Made by a program: the position numbers and the translations under genes. A DNA stretch of 64,000 nucleotides, from the NCBI RefSeq assembly GCF_001447785.1, contig NW_015161407.1, positions 1,456,222-1,520,221 on the forward strand, in the 5' to 3' direction. Each line of letters begins with the position of its first letter. Positions within the stretch are counted from its first letter, which is position 1. The notes below the pieces were generated by a model. The model did no database searches and was not told the DNA's origin. It saw only the letters and a program-made list of their open reading frames with translations. Shown piece by piece: positions 10,543-23,224 of this stretch. Source of the stretch: Gekko japonicus. Taxonomy: Eukaryota.

Positions 10543-11030
10543 GAGGTGGAATTTGCCCCTACGAGTCCAAGGCCACCACCCCGGGGCTCAGGGAGGCAGG
10601 AGAACATTTCAGGCAAGGGAACGTTTCGCCCTGCCCCTCCCCCCACGGGTGTCGCAGCTGCCGCCGAGAACAGCGACGGCGCCCATAACTTTTTTAAGAG
10701 CTCCTCTGGAGAGCTGGGGGAGCCAGAATGACCTCTCACGTGTGATGTCTGAGCGGCATCACACGCGAGAGGTGGAATTTGCCCCTACGAGTCCAAGGCC
10801 ACCACCCCGGGGCTCAGGGAGGCAGGAGAACAATTCGCCTCAACACTCTCCCCTACGCGGGCGTCGCAGCTGCCGCTGAGAACAGCGATGGCGGCCATAA
10901 CTTTTTTAAGGAGCCCCGAAGAAGAGCTGGGGGAGCCAGAATGACCTCTTGCGCGAGAGGTGGGATTTGCCCCTACGAGTCCAAGGCCACCACCCCGGGG
11001 CTCAGGGAGGCGGGGGAACATTTCCCCCCC
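10478..11030. repeat. GC-rich degenerate tandem repeat (about 190-240 bp units, about 3 copies) with internal hairpins
   Basis: GAGCCAGAATGACCTC...TTTGCCCCTACGAGTCCAAGGCCACCACCCCGGGGCTCAGGGAGGC recurs three times. Confidence 0.8.
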
Positions 11031-12099
11031 ACACACCGTGTCCCAACTGATGGCTGGTGGGAGCAGGGGACGGGGCTTATGTGCCCGTCCCCTGGGCTTC
11101 TGACTGGCAGAGCGGTGCTCCGGTGGGCTCCGGCAGGAACCGAGGCCTGCTTATTAGAATGATACCGGATACCTTCATCTTTCTCCCGCCCCAAAGATAG
11201 GACTAGCTAAAGCTGTTTTCAGTCCTTTCCCCCTCTATTTCTGTGTACATGTGAAAAACAGAAATGCAGATTTCCAATGTGTAAAAAATAGGAAATTTGA
11301 AATTTCACATGCAGGTTTACAAAGCTTCTAAACTAATGGAACTGAGCCATTTCTGAATCAAAATTATTTATTTACTGCATTTATAGTCTGCCTTCCTCAC
11401 TGAGACTCAAAGCAGATTACCCACTGTAAATTGGTAACAGTCCATTTGAAGAGACATCCAGCAATCACAGTGTAGGTTGATGCAATCAGTATGAAGAGAC
11501 ATCAAAGAAGCAACTGAGTGAACGCAGCAGGTTTTGTGCTTTAACTCCCGATTTAAAAGGATTTGCTTAGGGGGGAAAATCCCCACGATTTCTGATTAGT
11601 CAATCATCTATACACACACACACACACAAATAACAACTTGGTAAGACTAAAGTTCTACAGATTATTTTTAAAAATGCACGAAATTAAACATTTTTTATTC
11701 TAGGAGTCCAGGGCAGTGTACATGAAGGCTTATCCTCACAACAACCCTGAGGAGGTGGTGGACAGAAAAGCATCTGCCTGACCACTTTGAACTTGAGCCG
11801 TCCTACGGCATTCTAACCACTAAGCCACGCGGATATGTGGGTACAGTCCATATTCATACATATTACACTGGAGTTATCAGCATAACAGACAATGCGAGCC
11901 ATAGAAATGCAAGGCTAGACCGGCATGAGTCATGACCCCGTCCGTCTGTAAAACTGAGGCCAATAATAGCTTCCAGTTTAATACCAGAAATTCAGTCTGC
12001 GTGTCCTCATAGAAACAGGGGAAATAATAAATCTGAACTTGCCGCAATAATTTAAAAACACTATTGGAATTTCTGTTGCTCTGCATTGGATGTAAGAGC

Positions 12100-12480
12100 C
12101 GAAAACCAATGCAGTGCGACTCCTTTCTTTTGTAACGTTGTTTGATCTCTATGATCCGCCTGCAACTGTCGTGAAACGTGAGCTGCGCGCTTTACGACAC
12201 GCTCCTGTCTTTGGCGTTGAGGGAAGTGGGCTGCGTTGCGCGTGCGTCAGGCAGAGCGTGAGCGGCGCCGGTTGTAGAGGTCATCAGAGGTGGCCGGCGC
12301 GGGTCTCTTTGGAAGTCCACGTGGGGGGGAGGAGAAGAGTGTTGTTTTCGGTGAGTGTAGTTGTAGGGTTTGGGGGGTTTTGTGGTTGGGGTGTGCTTTT
12401 TTGGCGTGAGGCCGGCGGCGTGGACAGGAGAATGTTTAGTGCCTGGTGGTCGCTTAGAAGGAACACCCAGTCGGGTTTAT
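12100..12480 (+). promoter_or_regulatory. GAR1: GAR1 CpG-island promoter and non-coding exon 1 (donor after 12350)
   Basis: CpG-rich; ETS-like GGAAGT, NRF1-like TGCGCGTGCG, E-box CACGTG at 12318-12323; TCG|gtgagt donor; TSS not determinable. Confidence 0.7.
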
Positions 12481-12841
12481 GGGACTTTCGCCAAGATACG
12501 TGGGTGTAGGATTGCAGTCGTAGGATATTTCCTTTGGAGTTGAGTGGGATTTATCTCTGAGTTAAAAATACATCACAATTCTGTGTGTTCTTACTTCGAA
12601 GTAAGTAGGGCTGCGTGGGTCTTACTCTCAACTAAGTGTGTGCATGATTGCTGCCTTTTCTATTTGCAGCGCTTGGGTGAAGATACCTCTCTCTAGGAAA
12701 AACGTCCTCTGATCAAATGTTAGAGGCACAAGGTTTGGCTCGTGGTTGAATCTGACAGGGTCATTTTGAGAAGTGAGCTGAGACAAAATACTGGGACTTC
12801 CTAATAATAACCTTCTCGCGTATTTAGGACTCTTTTCATAC

Positions 12842-13024
12842 TAGGGTTGCCAGGTCTGGGTTGGATAATACCTGGATACTTTGGGGGTGGATCAGTAGGG
12901 TACAGTGTCATAGAGTTCACCCTTCAAAGCAGCCAGTTTCTCCAGGGGAGTTGATCTCTGTCAGCTAGGGATCAGTTGTAAAAGTGGAAGATCTCCAGGC
13001 CCCACCTGGAGACTGCCAACCCTA
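12842..13024. mobile_element. hAT MITE
   Basis: TAGGGTTGCC...GCCAACCCTA; TSD TTTCATAC/TTTCACAC. Confidence 0.85.
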
Positions 13025-13109
13025 TTTCACACATGATCTCTAAAAGCACTTTCTGTGCACAATTGAAGCTTGTTTGTGATCTGTGTGCAAACTGCATGCC
13101 AGATGAAGA

Positions 13110-13319
13110 TAGATTCAGGTGGGCAGCCATGTTGGTTTAAAACAATAGAACAAAGTTTGAGTCCACTGGCACCTTTGAAATGAACAAAGTTTAATTCTAG
13201 GTATAAGCTTTTTGTGTGCATGCACAGTATCTGAAGAAGTATGCATGCACATGAAAGCTTATACCCAGAATTGAACTTTGTTCGTCTTAAAAGTCCCACT
13301 GGACTCAAACTTTGTTCTA
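13110..13319. mobile_element. Penelope-like element remnant arranged as an inverted repeat
   Basis: TAGAACAAAGTTTGAGTCCA...TGGACTCAAACTTTGTTCTA arms; related pieces near 14160-14240, 29700-29750, 40015-40260, 57990-58080. Confidence 0.7.
13227..13264 (+). ncRNA. Minimal type-I hammerhead ribozyme motif (Penelope-type), possibly decayed
   Basis: GTAT-CTGAAGA-A-GTATGCATGCACAT-GAAA-GCT-T-ATAC: stem I GTAT/ATAC, near-palindromic stem II, palindromic AGCT stem III. Confidence 0.6.
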
Positions 13320-16300
13320 CTACCTGCCAGGGTTAGAGTAATACCCTAAGGGTAAGAAGTGCTGTGAATGAGGTAGCGGGCAGGAGGAAGTAATGCCTGA
13401 TGTTTCAGGCATTATGGATTTTGTTGTGATCTCACATGAAAAGCAGTGATATTAAACATTTTAAAATACTTTTTGTGCTAAGGTTTTATCTCTGTATTGA
13501 TAAGTAGTCGCTTTCTCCTTGAATTCATCTCCTTTTGCTACTGTGAATTAAACAGCATTATGTTGTATAACTGAATAGAAAAGCAGGAATAATTTTTTTT
13601 TGCCATGCTTCTTAGCCTCATGGTAGTCTTTGTAAGTAGACTGTATTATTTATTTGCCCAATTACTATGCTTGTTTTCCAGGAAATCTGCCTGAGGTGGT
13701 TTAGAAAAAATAATAAAACCTAAGAATGTAAAAGGTTAGGTTATTAAACCTCAGCATTCAAAACTAGTAAGAGCATAAAACCTAGATCAGCTTAGAAAGG
13801 ATCTTAAAACACTTCTTAGGCTAAAAATCTACTATATTATGCTGTTGGTAGTGGAGGGACAGGCAAGCCTCGAGGGGAAAGAGTGAGTACCACAACTGAA
13901 AGAAGCCCTCTGTCTGTTCACCACCTGTCTTTGTGGTTTGCAGGCAAGTCCTTGGTCCCAAATAAACACTGTGCTAGATCCATTTCCTGCCTTCTGGCGT
14001 AGTACATGAAGAAATGGATCTAGCATAGTGTTTACATGGGACCAAGGAATTTTGCCTGCAAACTGCAAGTTAAGGTATTAAACCTTAGCCTTTACACATC
14101 TGCCTCTCTCCAGGTATTCAGAATGTATATTGGGAGATAAATTATCCTATTTTAACCATAGATTTGGGTGGGTAGCCATGTTGGTCTGAAGCATTAGAAC
14201 AAAGTTTGAGTCCAGTTTAATTTTTAAGACCAGCAAAGTAAAAAAAAAAAGCCCCCCCCCCCCCCATAACAGTAGCAACAAATCTTGGGACAGACATAGT
14301 TTTCCAGTATGGTGCCAGCCACTTTGTTTAAAAAAAAATATTATGCCTACGGTACATGTAGCAGATTACTACAAAATACAAGAAAAATGCTTAACAAAGA
14401 AACAACAATAATTCATAACAAGAAAGAAAAAAGCAGCTGTGATTTTCCCAATCATGATTTACAAATCATCATCAAACATTTTGAGTAATTAATTAATCAA
14501 AAACTTGGTAGGTTAGGTCCAGTGACTCATCCATTGAGTCTTTTTTGTGATGTAAAATTTCCAGAAATTTTAAAGGAAAAAAATGGAAATTGGGGAGAAA
14601 ATTGAAATATAGTTAATACATACCATCCTATCAAACCTAAACTAACTTTAGTACTTTAACAACATAAAATGTATGATTTATAATGTAGCTTATAAAATTA
14701 AAATATTCAACATATTTATGGAACTTAGAAATTATAAATGCCTTAGTTTTGTATAAGCAAAACTGCAAATAATACCCAGTACTAGGGTTGCCAGGTCTCT
14801 TACCTGTTTGCAGCAGTGGGAAAAGTTCCCGGTCCAGGACTTTTTATGCGTGTGCACTGCAGTGATGTCACCCAGAAGTGATGTCATCATGCTAGACACG
14901 TCACCAGGTGACGTTGTAGCATTCAGCCTGAAAACTCTATGTTATCATATGATAACATGTTATCATAGAGTTTTCAGGCTGAATGCTAGAGCATCCCCCC
15001 CGCGATGTGCCCGGTGCGATGACATCACCTCCAGGTGATGTCATAATGCCGGGCATATTGACCCCATGCAGGCACTTTGGGGACAGGGTTCTCCCCCTGG
15101 CCGGATCCAGGCAAACAGGTCGGGGGGCCCTAGAGCGGGCAAACACCCCCCCCCCAGTACTTGAAGATGCAAGCTGCTGGACCTTATGCTGTCTTAGCAC
15201 ATGTACCTTAATTTTTGTTATCTGGTTAGAGAGCTAAGTTCTCAATGAAACTTTTTTCCCCTCTGAGGCGTTGGTGCAGTTTCTGTCCCACCTTTTTCTT
15301 ATCTTTTTTCTCCTCCGCCAAGGTAGGGCAATAAGCTACTTTTTACTAGTCTGTAGGTAACAGTGTTACAGTGGTTTGAGGGAAAGGTGAGAAGGTCAGC
15401 CATGTGATGTCAGAAGGACAACAGAAGGCATGCAACTGTTGGGAAGCAATGAGAGCCCTGCATGCTCCCTTTATGAAGATTCAGTATCTTAGGTACAGAA
15501 ATGTATCTTGGATTTAAGAGCTGTCTATGTCTACAGTATTCTCATCTTATCCTTAAAAGTTTTTCACTCATTTTAAAAGAAAAAAAGTATTTAATTGGTG
15601 TTTTCCCAGTACTTTCCAGTTTTCCCATCAGAATAATAAAAAAGGGGCCTTAGGAAAAAAGGGGGGGGAGTCCCCCCTCTCATTTTTCCCTGGGCCTTCA
15701 CATCTCTAGCCTTTCTTCAACAAAGCAATACTTCAGAAAATATCATTCAGTGTTGGAGGAAGCCTTTTTCCCTTGAAGGAAAACTTACCAGAAGAGTGCC
15801 ATAGGATCTAATCCAGTGTTATGTGCCTGATTTGTTTCTGAATGTAAGATGTTGAACTGTTTCTGTGGTTTAAATAAGCCCCAGGATGTTACTCCGCCAT
15901 CTGATCTTATGAAGAGCCTTCAAGGTTATTGCACTTTAGAGATGTAACATTTCCAGAAATTTTGAAACTGTGTTAAAACTGGAAATTTTGGCGAAAATAT
16001 GAAATAGATTTTTTTAAAGAAAAAGGTTTCAGGGCGAATTTAAAGCTGTCCTTTCCTATCACATCTAAACCTGGTTTTCTGTGTTTATAAATGTATTAAT
16101 TGACAGCATGATGGAATTTTAAAGGATAAATGCTGTACTTTTTGACAAGCAAAATTTTTAATTTGCCCAGTATTAAAGGCAGCGAGAACTGCAGTGCAGA
16201 CTGCTACTCTTTAAGCTGTTTTAACCCATTTTACTACTTTTGGTATGGGGGGACCTTTCTTAGGAGATTATTTCTTCAGAGCTCCCAAAATTTCCCAGTT

Positions 16301-16610
16301 TTTGCCTGAGGGGAGGACCCTTTAGACTTCTTAACACTATACGTTTTGTGTGAATAAAACCATGTATTAAAAACCATTTCAACTCATCAGATGCAATTTT
16401 TTCAGTGCTGCCTAGAACTTCTCAGTTTTTCAATTAAAAAAAATGGGTTATCACCAGGCTTTCACATCTCTACTCTAATACCTTTTTCAGTCTTTGGTGT
16501 ATTGACTGTCACTAGTATATGGTGTGAAGCAAGTTCCAGACAGTTGTTGAGAAGGCCAGAAGGTCTGTTACTTCCAATTAACACTTTCTGTATTCAACAG
16601 AAGAGAAGAG

Positions 16611-16776
16611 ATGTCATTTAGAGGAAGAGGCGGTGGTAATCGGGGTGGAGGCTTCAATCGAGGAGGTGGCTTCAACAGAGGGGGACGTGGTGGTGGAAGA
16701 GGTGGATTTGGCCGAGGAGGAGGTGGCCGAGGAGGCTTCAACAGATATGATCAAGGACCCCCAGAAAGCGTTGTCA
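16611..16776 (+). CDS. GAR1: H/ACA RNP subunit GAR1, first coding exon (N-terminal RGG domain); exon begins at 16601
   Basis: MSFRGRGGGNRGGGFNRGG...RYDQGPPESVV; caacag acceptor, gtaagt donor. Confidence 0.96.
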
Positions 16777-16874
16777 GTAAGTTATATTAATTCTGGATGG
16801 ATTTTTTTTTTTTTTAAAAAACTTACATTCTGACTGAGTGCATAGTATCAATAAATTTCTCTATTTATTTGCAG

Positions 16875-17029
16875 TCCTGGGAGAGTTTATGCACCCGTGT
16901 GAAGATGACATTGTTTGTAAATGTACAACTCAGGAAAACAAAGTACCTTATTTCAATGCACCAGTCTACTTAGAAAATAAAGAGCAGATTGGGAAAGTGG
17001 ATGAAATATTTGGGCAGCTCAGAGACTTT
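16875..17029 (+). CDS. GAR1: GAR1 exon 3 (core domain)
   Basis: [51 protein letters not shown]; U12-type donor GTATCCTTT follows. Confidence 0.97.
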
Positions 17030-18843
17030 GTATCCTTTAATAGCATACTTTGGAATGTTTACAGAAGAACTTACTTTACATTGTTCCTATCTCTGTTCTG
17101 CATTTGTTTTTCAAGAAGGAAAACCCAGAGTGGTTTTCACTACAGTAACATCTAAAAGGGAGCTGAGCTCTGTAGACGTTAAAGGGGCCTTGCAGTTTCT
17201 TTCTCTCCTACAGGATAAGCTGGCTAGTGGTCAGTATTTATTTATGGTAGTTCAGTTACCCTTTGCTTTACACAGTTGTACTTGATTTTAAAGTCGGGCA
17301 CTGATTTTTTTAATGTTTTGAATTTCTGAGCTTTATTTTTTTCTGTCTTCTTACTTGTGAAAGAGCTGCATTGATTGTCCTAACTTGGACAATGAGAACA
17401 CTTTAGATGGGTTGGGGGGTATCTTGAGCCCATCCTAATGTTATTTATGAGATTCATTTGGTTGAATTCTGGCTCTTGTCCATGGGAATCCATATTCAGG
17501 GACCAATACCCAATGCTTGTCCTTTGGAAGTTGAGCTGGTATCTGGACAGTTGACGAATAGGAAAGATGATTGTAGATTCCAAAGGCCATCCTTTGGTGG
17601 CACAGTGTTCGGGAAAAGAAAAGGTTAAATGAGTAAGTAGAGGTTCAGGCAACAGCATTTAATTCTGATGATCACATTTGTTTGTAAACTCAATACTCCA
17701 TAGTACTATTCTAAACCATTTCTAAGCTAATTCAGTCAAGTACAAGCATGTGGCTGTTTGTTACTATTATCAATGGCAGATGGAGCTACTTATCAGCAGA
17801 GGTGTGAGGTTGGATCCTCCTGGCTCTTGTACTGGGGCACGAGGGAGAACAAAGAATCTTTTCTGATCCCTTGCTCACTGCAGCCACATGCTGTGTGGCT
17901 TTTGACCACATCTCCCAGTATAGCTAGCCCTTTCAGAAGCCCAAAGGGACCACTCCTCTCTCTCACATCAGCAGAAAAGACTGCTGATCACGTATGGCAG
18001 ACAGTTTCTATGTAGCTCATCCTCAGTGCAGCAAAAGTCAAGGTTGATCAGGAGCAAATAAACAGACTTCTAATGACAGCATCTTTCATAAGGTAGCTCC
18101 TTTTGAATACTTGTTTTGTATGTTCAAGTGTTCAAGTGATGTCCTGCTTGATTGGCTAAAGCTCAGTTTTCTGATAGAACTTCCAGGCCATTTAGTGGAG
18201 GAACTTCTTAATCTTATTGTCACTGGGGATTTTGGCTTAAACCCTTTGTACACTTTCTGGGGACCTTCATGGTCAGCTTGAAAGGACAGCTTATCATGGT
18301 CTCTTGACTGTGATCTAGCTCTTCCTCTATGAGCTGAGGGGGATTTGGTTTGAATGACTTCGCAGAGAAAATCGATTGGCTCCAGTTGGATTTGGAAAGT
18401 CTCTTAAGGATTAGGCGAGAAGTATTTCCAACCTAGTGGAATATCATTACCAAATAAAAATTGGAGTTTAAGTGGGTTCTGCAGCTTAGTGCTTTCTCAG
18501 ATAGGGTTTCTCAAGTGCAACTGTGTTTTGTTACACTAAATGCTTCTAAAGGGCAGCTGTTCCCGTGGTGGCGATTGTTGCGATTATGTTTTATGATACG
18601 ACTACACCTTTTCTGTATTAATCTTTAAGAACTGAGACCTACTGGCTGAGGATACTAATCCTGCCTGAAATGTAAACTGAAAAAATATTATGGAATAAAC
18701 GTTCCTCTACAGAAACTCTGAGGTTTTCTAATATAAATATTAAAAAACAGTCACATAACTTACACATTGCATAAACAAAGCTACTGTTCTGTTTATCAAG
18801 GGTGTTATAAATGCTTGTGATATAATCCTTAAATTTCTAACAG
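17030..18843 (+). other. GAR1: U12-type (minor spliceosome) GT-AG intron of GAR1
   Basis: 5' GTATCCTTT; branch TCCTTAA at 18826-18832, about 11 nt before the AG; no long polypyrimidine tract. Confidence 0.92.
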
Positions 18844-18903
18844 TATTTTTCAGTCAAGTTGTCAGAAAATATGAAAGCATCTTCCTTCAAAAAGCTACAA
18901 AAG
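18844..18903 (+). CDS. GAR1: GAR1 exon 4
   Basis: YFSVKLSENMKASSFKKLQK; gtgagt donor. Confidence 0.95.
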
Positions 18904-19650
18904 GTGAGTGCATCTCTTCCTATGAGAAGTTTAGCAAGCAAACTAATATGCATGCACTAAATACATGCATATGGCATTAAATCAGTGCACTGTGTACAGT
19001 ACAGTTGAAATCAGTCTCAGACTATATGTTACAAGAATTTATGACTGAATCTTCCAGTGTGCCATTTGCAATAGGGTTGGTTGGGATCATGGCTGTGAGG
19101 CAGGGCAGAGGGTGTTAGGTTTTCCCCCAACACACACACATGGTTTCCTTAACAGAAATATTCCCCGTTCCCCTGGCTAGTATTAGTATGGTAGAGGGAA
19201 AAGACAGGTACAGTGTGGATTCTTGTTTTTGTTGTTGTTGTTTTAATTTCCCCATCCAGGGTAAATAGCAACTGGAAAGGGAAGTATGGGGATGACTTCT
19301 CCTGAAGACACAGCATGGGGGGGGGGAAGTTACCTTTTCTCTTGGCCCCTCTCTCTCTCACACATATATACACACTATCCATGTTGCTTTTACATTTTAA
19401 GTCACATGTTAGCAAACCTTGTGAAGGATCTCCAACCTAAATCAAGTTAGTCACCTTAGTTTGTTCCACTGGAGCTTAGATATGACTGTCTTTTTAGTTG
19501 GATCAAGGTAACTGTAGCATTGTGAAGGGCACCTTCATTCCAGACATGGATATGAAATATGGAATATGCTGGTTTAAGTTGTTTTATGTATGGCAATGTA
19601 AAAAGGGGGGAGAGTTGACAAAGCTTGAACTCCGGCTCTTTTGCTTACAG

Positions 19651-19795
19651 TTCTTTATCGATCCAGCAAAATTGCTCCCACTGCAAAGGTTTTTGCCAAG
19701 GCCTCCTGGTGAGAAAGGACCTCCAAGAGGAAGAGGAAGAGGAGGGCGTGGAGGAGGGAGAGGTGGCTTCAGAGGTGGAGGTGGCAGAGGTGGAG
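19651..19795 (+). CDS. GAR1: GAR1 exon 5
   Basis: [32 protein letters not shown]...; tacag acceptor, gtagga donor. Confidence 0.94.
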
Positions 19796-19996
19796 GTAGG
19801 ATGCATTCTTTATTGCAGTGTGTTCAGAGGCATATTGTGAATTAAGGGAGATTGTTTCTGGGAAGGTGGAATGGCCAGTTCTGAAAGCAAGAAGGTTTTG
19901 GAGACTGCAAATATTTCTCTCTTTAGTTCTGTATAGCTTTTTTACCTGTTTGCTGCCCATAAAATCTAAACTGTCTACCTATTTGTGTGTCTGCAG

Positions 19997-20104
19997 GTGG
20001 TTTCCGAGGCGGCAGAGGTGGCGGTGGTGACTTCAGAGGTGGCAGAGGTGGCGGTGGTGGGTTCAGAGGCGGACGAGGTGGAGGTGGTGGCCGTGGATTT
20101 AGAG
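19997..20104 (+). CDS. GAR1: GAR1 exon 6 (C-terminal RGG repeats)
   Basis: GGFRGGRGGGGDFRGGRGGGGGFRGGRGGGGGRGFR; tgcag acceptor, gtaagg donor. Confidence 0.93.
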
Positions 20105-20723
20105 GTAAGGGTATTTGTATAGATACACGTTCAAGTTAGTGATGCTGAATCCAAGATGAAATTGGCTAATGTCACCCTTTAAAAAAATTTTGAGCAGTGT
20201 CACATCCACAGCAGGCATACTAAGCAGTGTTCTGGCTTTTGATACTGTAGAGAATGGTTTTCAGACTGTGTTCCAAGTGTCAAAAGATAGTCTTCTTTAA
20301 AACACTGCTTGTCAGCTAGCTCTGATCTCCTGCAGTCTGCAGCCACAGGTGAGTGCTGTGTACTCCGTCATGTGCCATGTTCCTCGCAAGCAGCAGTAAG
20401 CATCAGAGCCTGGTTGGTGACCTGGGCATGAATGTGTATCGAAGAACATTCTCCAAAGTGCTCAGGCTTTTTATTTGGCAGATACATCAGTACTCCTCAG
20501 CAGTCAAGTCTGTGGAAAAGGTTCCTTGATAGTAGATGGTTTGATGAGTAGTATAGTAGAGTGCCCAGCTCAAATTATTTTACTGTTTCAACATCTCTAG
20601 TGGAAATAGTAGAGAGACTGAAGGTACTGCTGCTGCAGCCGTCTTTTTATCATAAGAGCTACTGCATTCTTTCCAAGAAGTGGTTGTAAAGGATGTAATT
20701 TGTTCTTTTGTCTTTCAAATTAG

Positions 20724-20737
20724 GTAGAGGACGTTAA
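20724..20737 (+). CDS. GAR1: GAR1 last coding exon (GRGR-stop); AATAAA at 20855-20860
   Basis: attag|GT AGA GGA CGT TAA; total CDS 648 nt. Confidence 0.88.
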
Positions 20738-23118
20738 ATGACAATCTGGAAAACTCTACACATCTGGCCTCATCTACAGGATGCCTTGAGATGATTTCTT
20801 GTAAATCTGAATGCTGTAAGACACGGGTTTTGCAGCATGCCAGTTGACTAAAGGAATAAAGTGCTGTCTTACCTCTGGCTCATGGATGACTATTAAGAGA
20901 GGACAGTTTTTGAAGTACTGTAAAGATCTTACAATTCTGACCTTGAAATATATTTGGACTTCTTATTTTTATCAGATGTGAAATGGAATGTTATTTTTTA
21001 AAAATGAAAAATGTTTTTATTGAAAACTTCAGAAGAGGGAAACGACATGAAATAGCTTGCAGGTTTGAAATACCATGGACCAATGCTTTGTATTTCCCTC
21101 CCCCTTTCCCCAAAACTCAGTGTCTCTTTTTTTTTGGTCAGTCTTAAAGTATTTGTCAAGACAACTTGAATGCTATTTCACAATTATATTTATAACATTC
21201 CTAAATGTCATTTTTGAAGTTTCTTTTATACTAGGGTTGAACTCAAATTACATTTCTTGGGAAGTTATGTATGTTTTTCCCATGTCTAATTTTCTAGGCT
21301 CATATGGTGATGACTCATATACAATCAATGTGCAGTTAAGTGGTGTTTTAATCCTGCACCAATGCTGTAAGAGAGTGTGGGCTAAGAAATCATGCTGTGC
21401 TTATGGGTTCCCAGTAAGCATTACAGGCAGTGCAAAATTTTTACTTGTGCTCAAGCTCTTGCATAAGTGGAAACACAAGAAAAAGACCACATAGTTGCTT
21501 GCGCTGAGTCCAACATATTTTATCTCCATTTGTATTTCCACTTTTGCAAGTGCAATCAGTTTCTGGGCACTGTAATATATAGGAAGGAAAACACTAGTAT
21601 CTAGTGCAAGTGGAACTGTATAGGTTTGTGTTTCTGCTTATGCATCGCTGGATCCAAGTCTGCATTTGATAGGAGGTTGACCTTGAGTTGACTTCGTCTA
21701 TGCAGTATTTTTGCTGGTTCACAATACAAATTGCAGATAGCATATACTATTGGCGAGTTCACAGATGCAAGCCATACACGTGTGTGCAATAGATATACTT
21801 TTTCACATGGCAATCTTGAGACAGCCCACAGTGTTTCTCATTATTATGGCTGTTTAAAACAGGTCATCTGTGACCACAGAAATTGCTGTGACCTGTCTCG
21901 GGCTTCAGTCCTAGGCACACTACTTGGAAGTAAGAGTGATTGAACTTTGTGGGACTCACTTTTGAGTAAATCTACTCGAGGTGAGATGGCTGGTGTGCTA
22001 ACATTTCTCTACATGGTCATTCCTCTTCACTACCTGGCTGTATAATATAAAAGAGACTTGCATAAGTGAGGCATCCTAAACGCTAGTGAAAATAATATGC
22101 CATGTTTTTCTGTATTTGGTTGTGTCTGTGCAAACTCTGGTGGGCTGAGAATTGCCCAAGGATGGAGGAGGGGGATTTGGGTTTGTGCAAAACTTTCTGC
22201 GGACCCTGTCGTTACCTTTTTGGCACTGCACCCCCCCCCCCCCCCATTTACAATCTTAAGAGGTTTCTAATTATCCTAGAGCTTGCTCAGTACTTCTTTT
22301 GCTCAGTACTTTTCCTTGAACAGGTGCTTTAAAGATATTTCCAGTTGGGATTTCAGATTATGATGTGGATTTGCAGAGCTTTCTGTATGAATAACGTTGA
22401 CAAAGTGACATTTGAAATGAAGCTGCATTTAAAACTGAAGGTCTGTGATCAGCACTGGGCCACTCTGTTGATGGCTTAATTTCCCCCCCACTTACCTGAT
22501 TTGTAGTGCAAATCCCCCTGCCTGGGAGTGGGGCGTGGGATGGACAAGTAGTGTATAGAGTATACATGTTTGTTGTTCCCCTGCAGGAGAAATAGCGTCT
22601 GTAGCATTAAGGGAGTGTGGGGGGAAAGGGGTTGTTTTTGCCCTTTACTCTTAGATTTTGACCTGTGTCTTATTTTTAAAAGGGCTGAGGGGATTGACTC
22701 TCTATTGTGAGCATCTTGGGCCATTTTTACAATTCTGAACAAAGCCCAAATCCAATCCTTGCTCATTTTTGGCAACATTTGTTTTTTTTTGGGGGGGGAT
22801 CAGTTGCAGTACAAACTGGCGACTTTGCATCTGCTAATCTCTTTAGTAATAATGCCATAGCTCATAAGCATCTTGTCAAAAAAACAACATGGCTCTGTGC
22901 TGGTCTTTGTTGAACTAACGAGCCTTTGCCTTTCATAGGCTGGGAATTTAAACCCCTTTGCTCTTTAGCCTAAATCCTGTTGGGGGCCTTTCAGTGTGGA
23001 AGAACTGCTCCAGTTTTGCCAGGGGGAAGGAATTCATCTGAAAAGCCTTGCTGTGTTCTTTGAATGGCCTCTTGCAAGATTGATCTGGAGGGGAAGTCCC
23101 AACTTTCTTTTCCCTGCA

Positions 23119-23224
23119 ATGTTTCTGAACGATTCTGCTAACTCTTCAGAAAGCGAACATGAACCTCATTCAGCTTTTACTCAGACTGAGCACAGCATAG
23201 TTGCGGCTTATTTGATAACAGCAG
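23119..23224 (+). CDS. RRH: Peropsin exon 1
   Basis: MFLNDSANSSESEHEPHSAFTQTEHSIVAAYLITA; gtatga donor. Confidence 0.93.

Noticed and set aside
10017-11030. CRISPR-like array
   Set aside because: Eukaryotic locus, long degenerate units, no unique spacers or cas genes
14545-16070. Nested DNA-transposon remnants (GATGT...ACATCT ends) in GAR1 intron 1; similar palindromic remnants near 34480-34660 and 61660-61800
   Set aside because: Probably old MITEs, but too decayed to give reliable boundaries or family
12351-20723. Intronic snoRNA in GAR1
   Set aside because: No convincing box C/D pair with terminal stem or H/ACA double hairpin seen by eye; a covariance-model search would be needed
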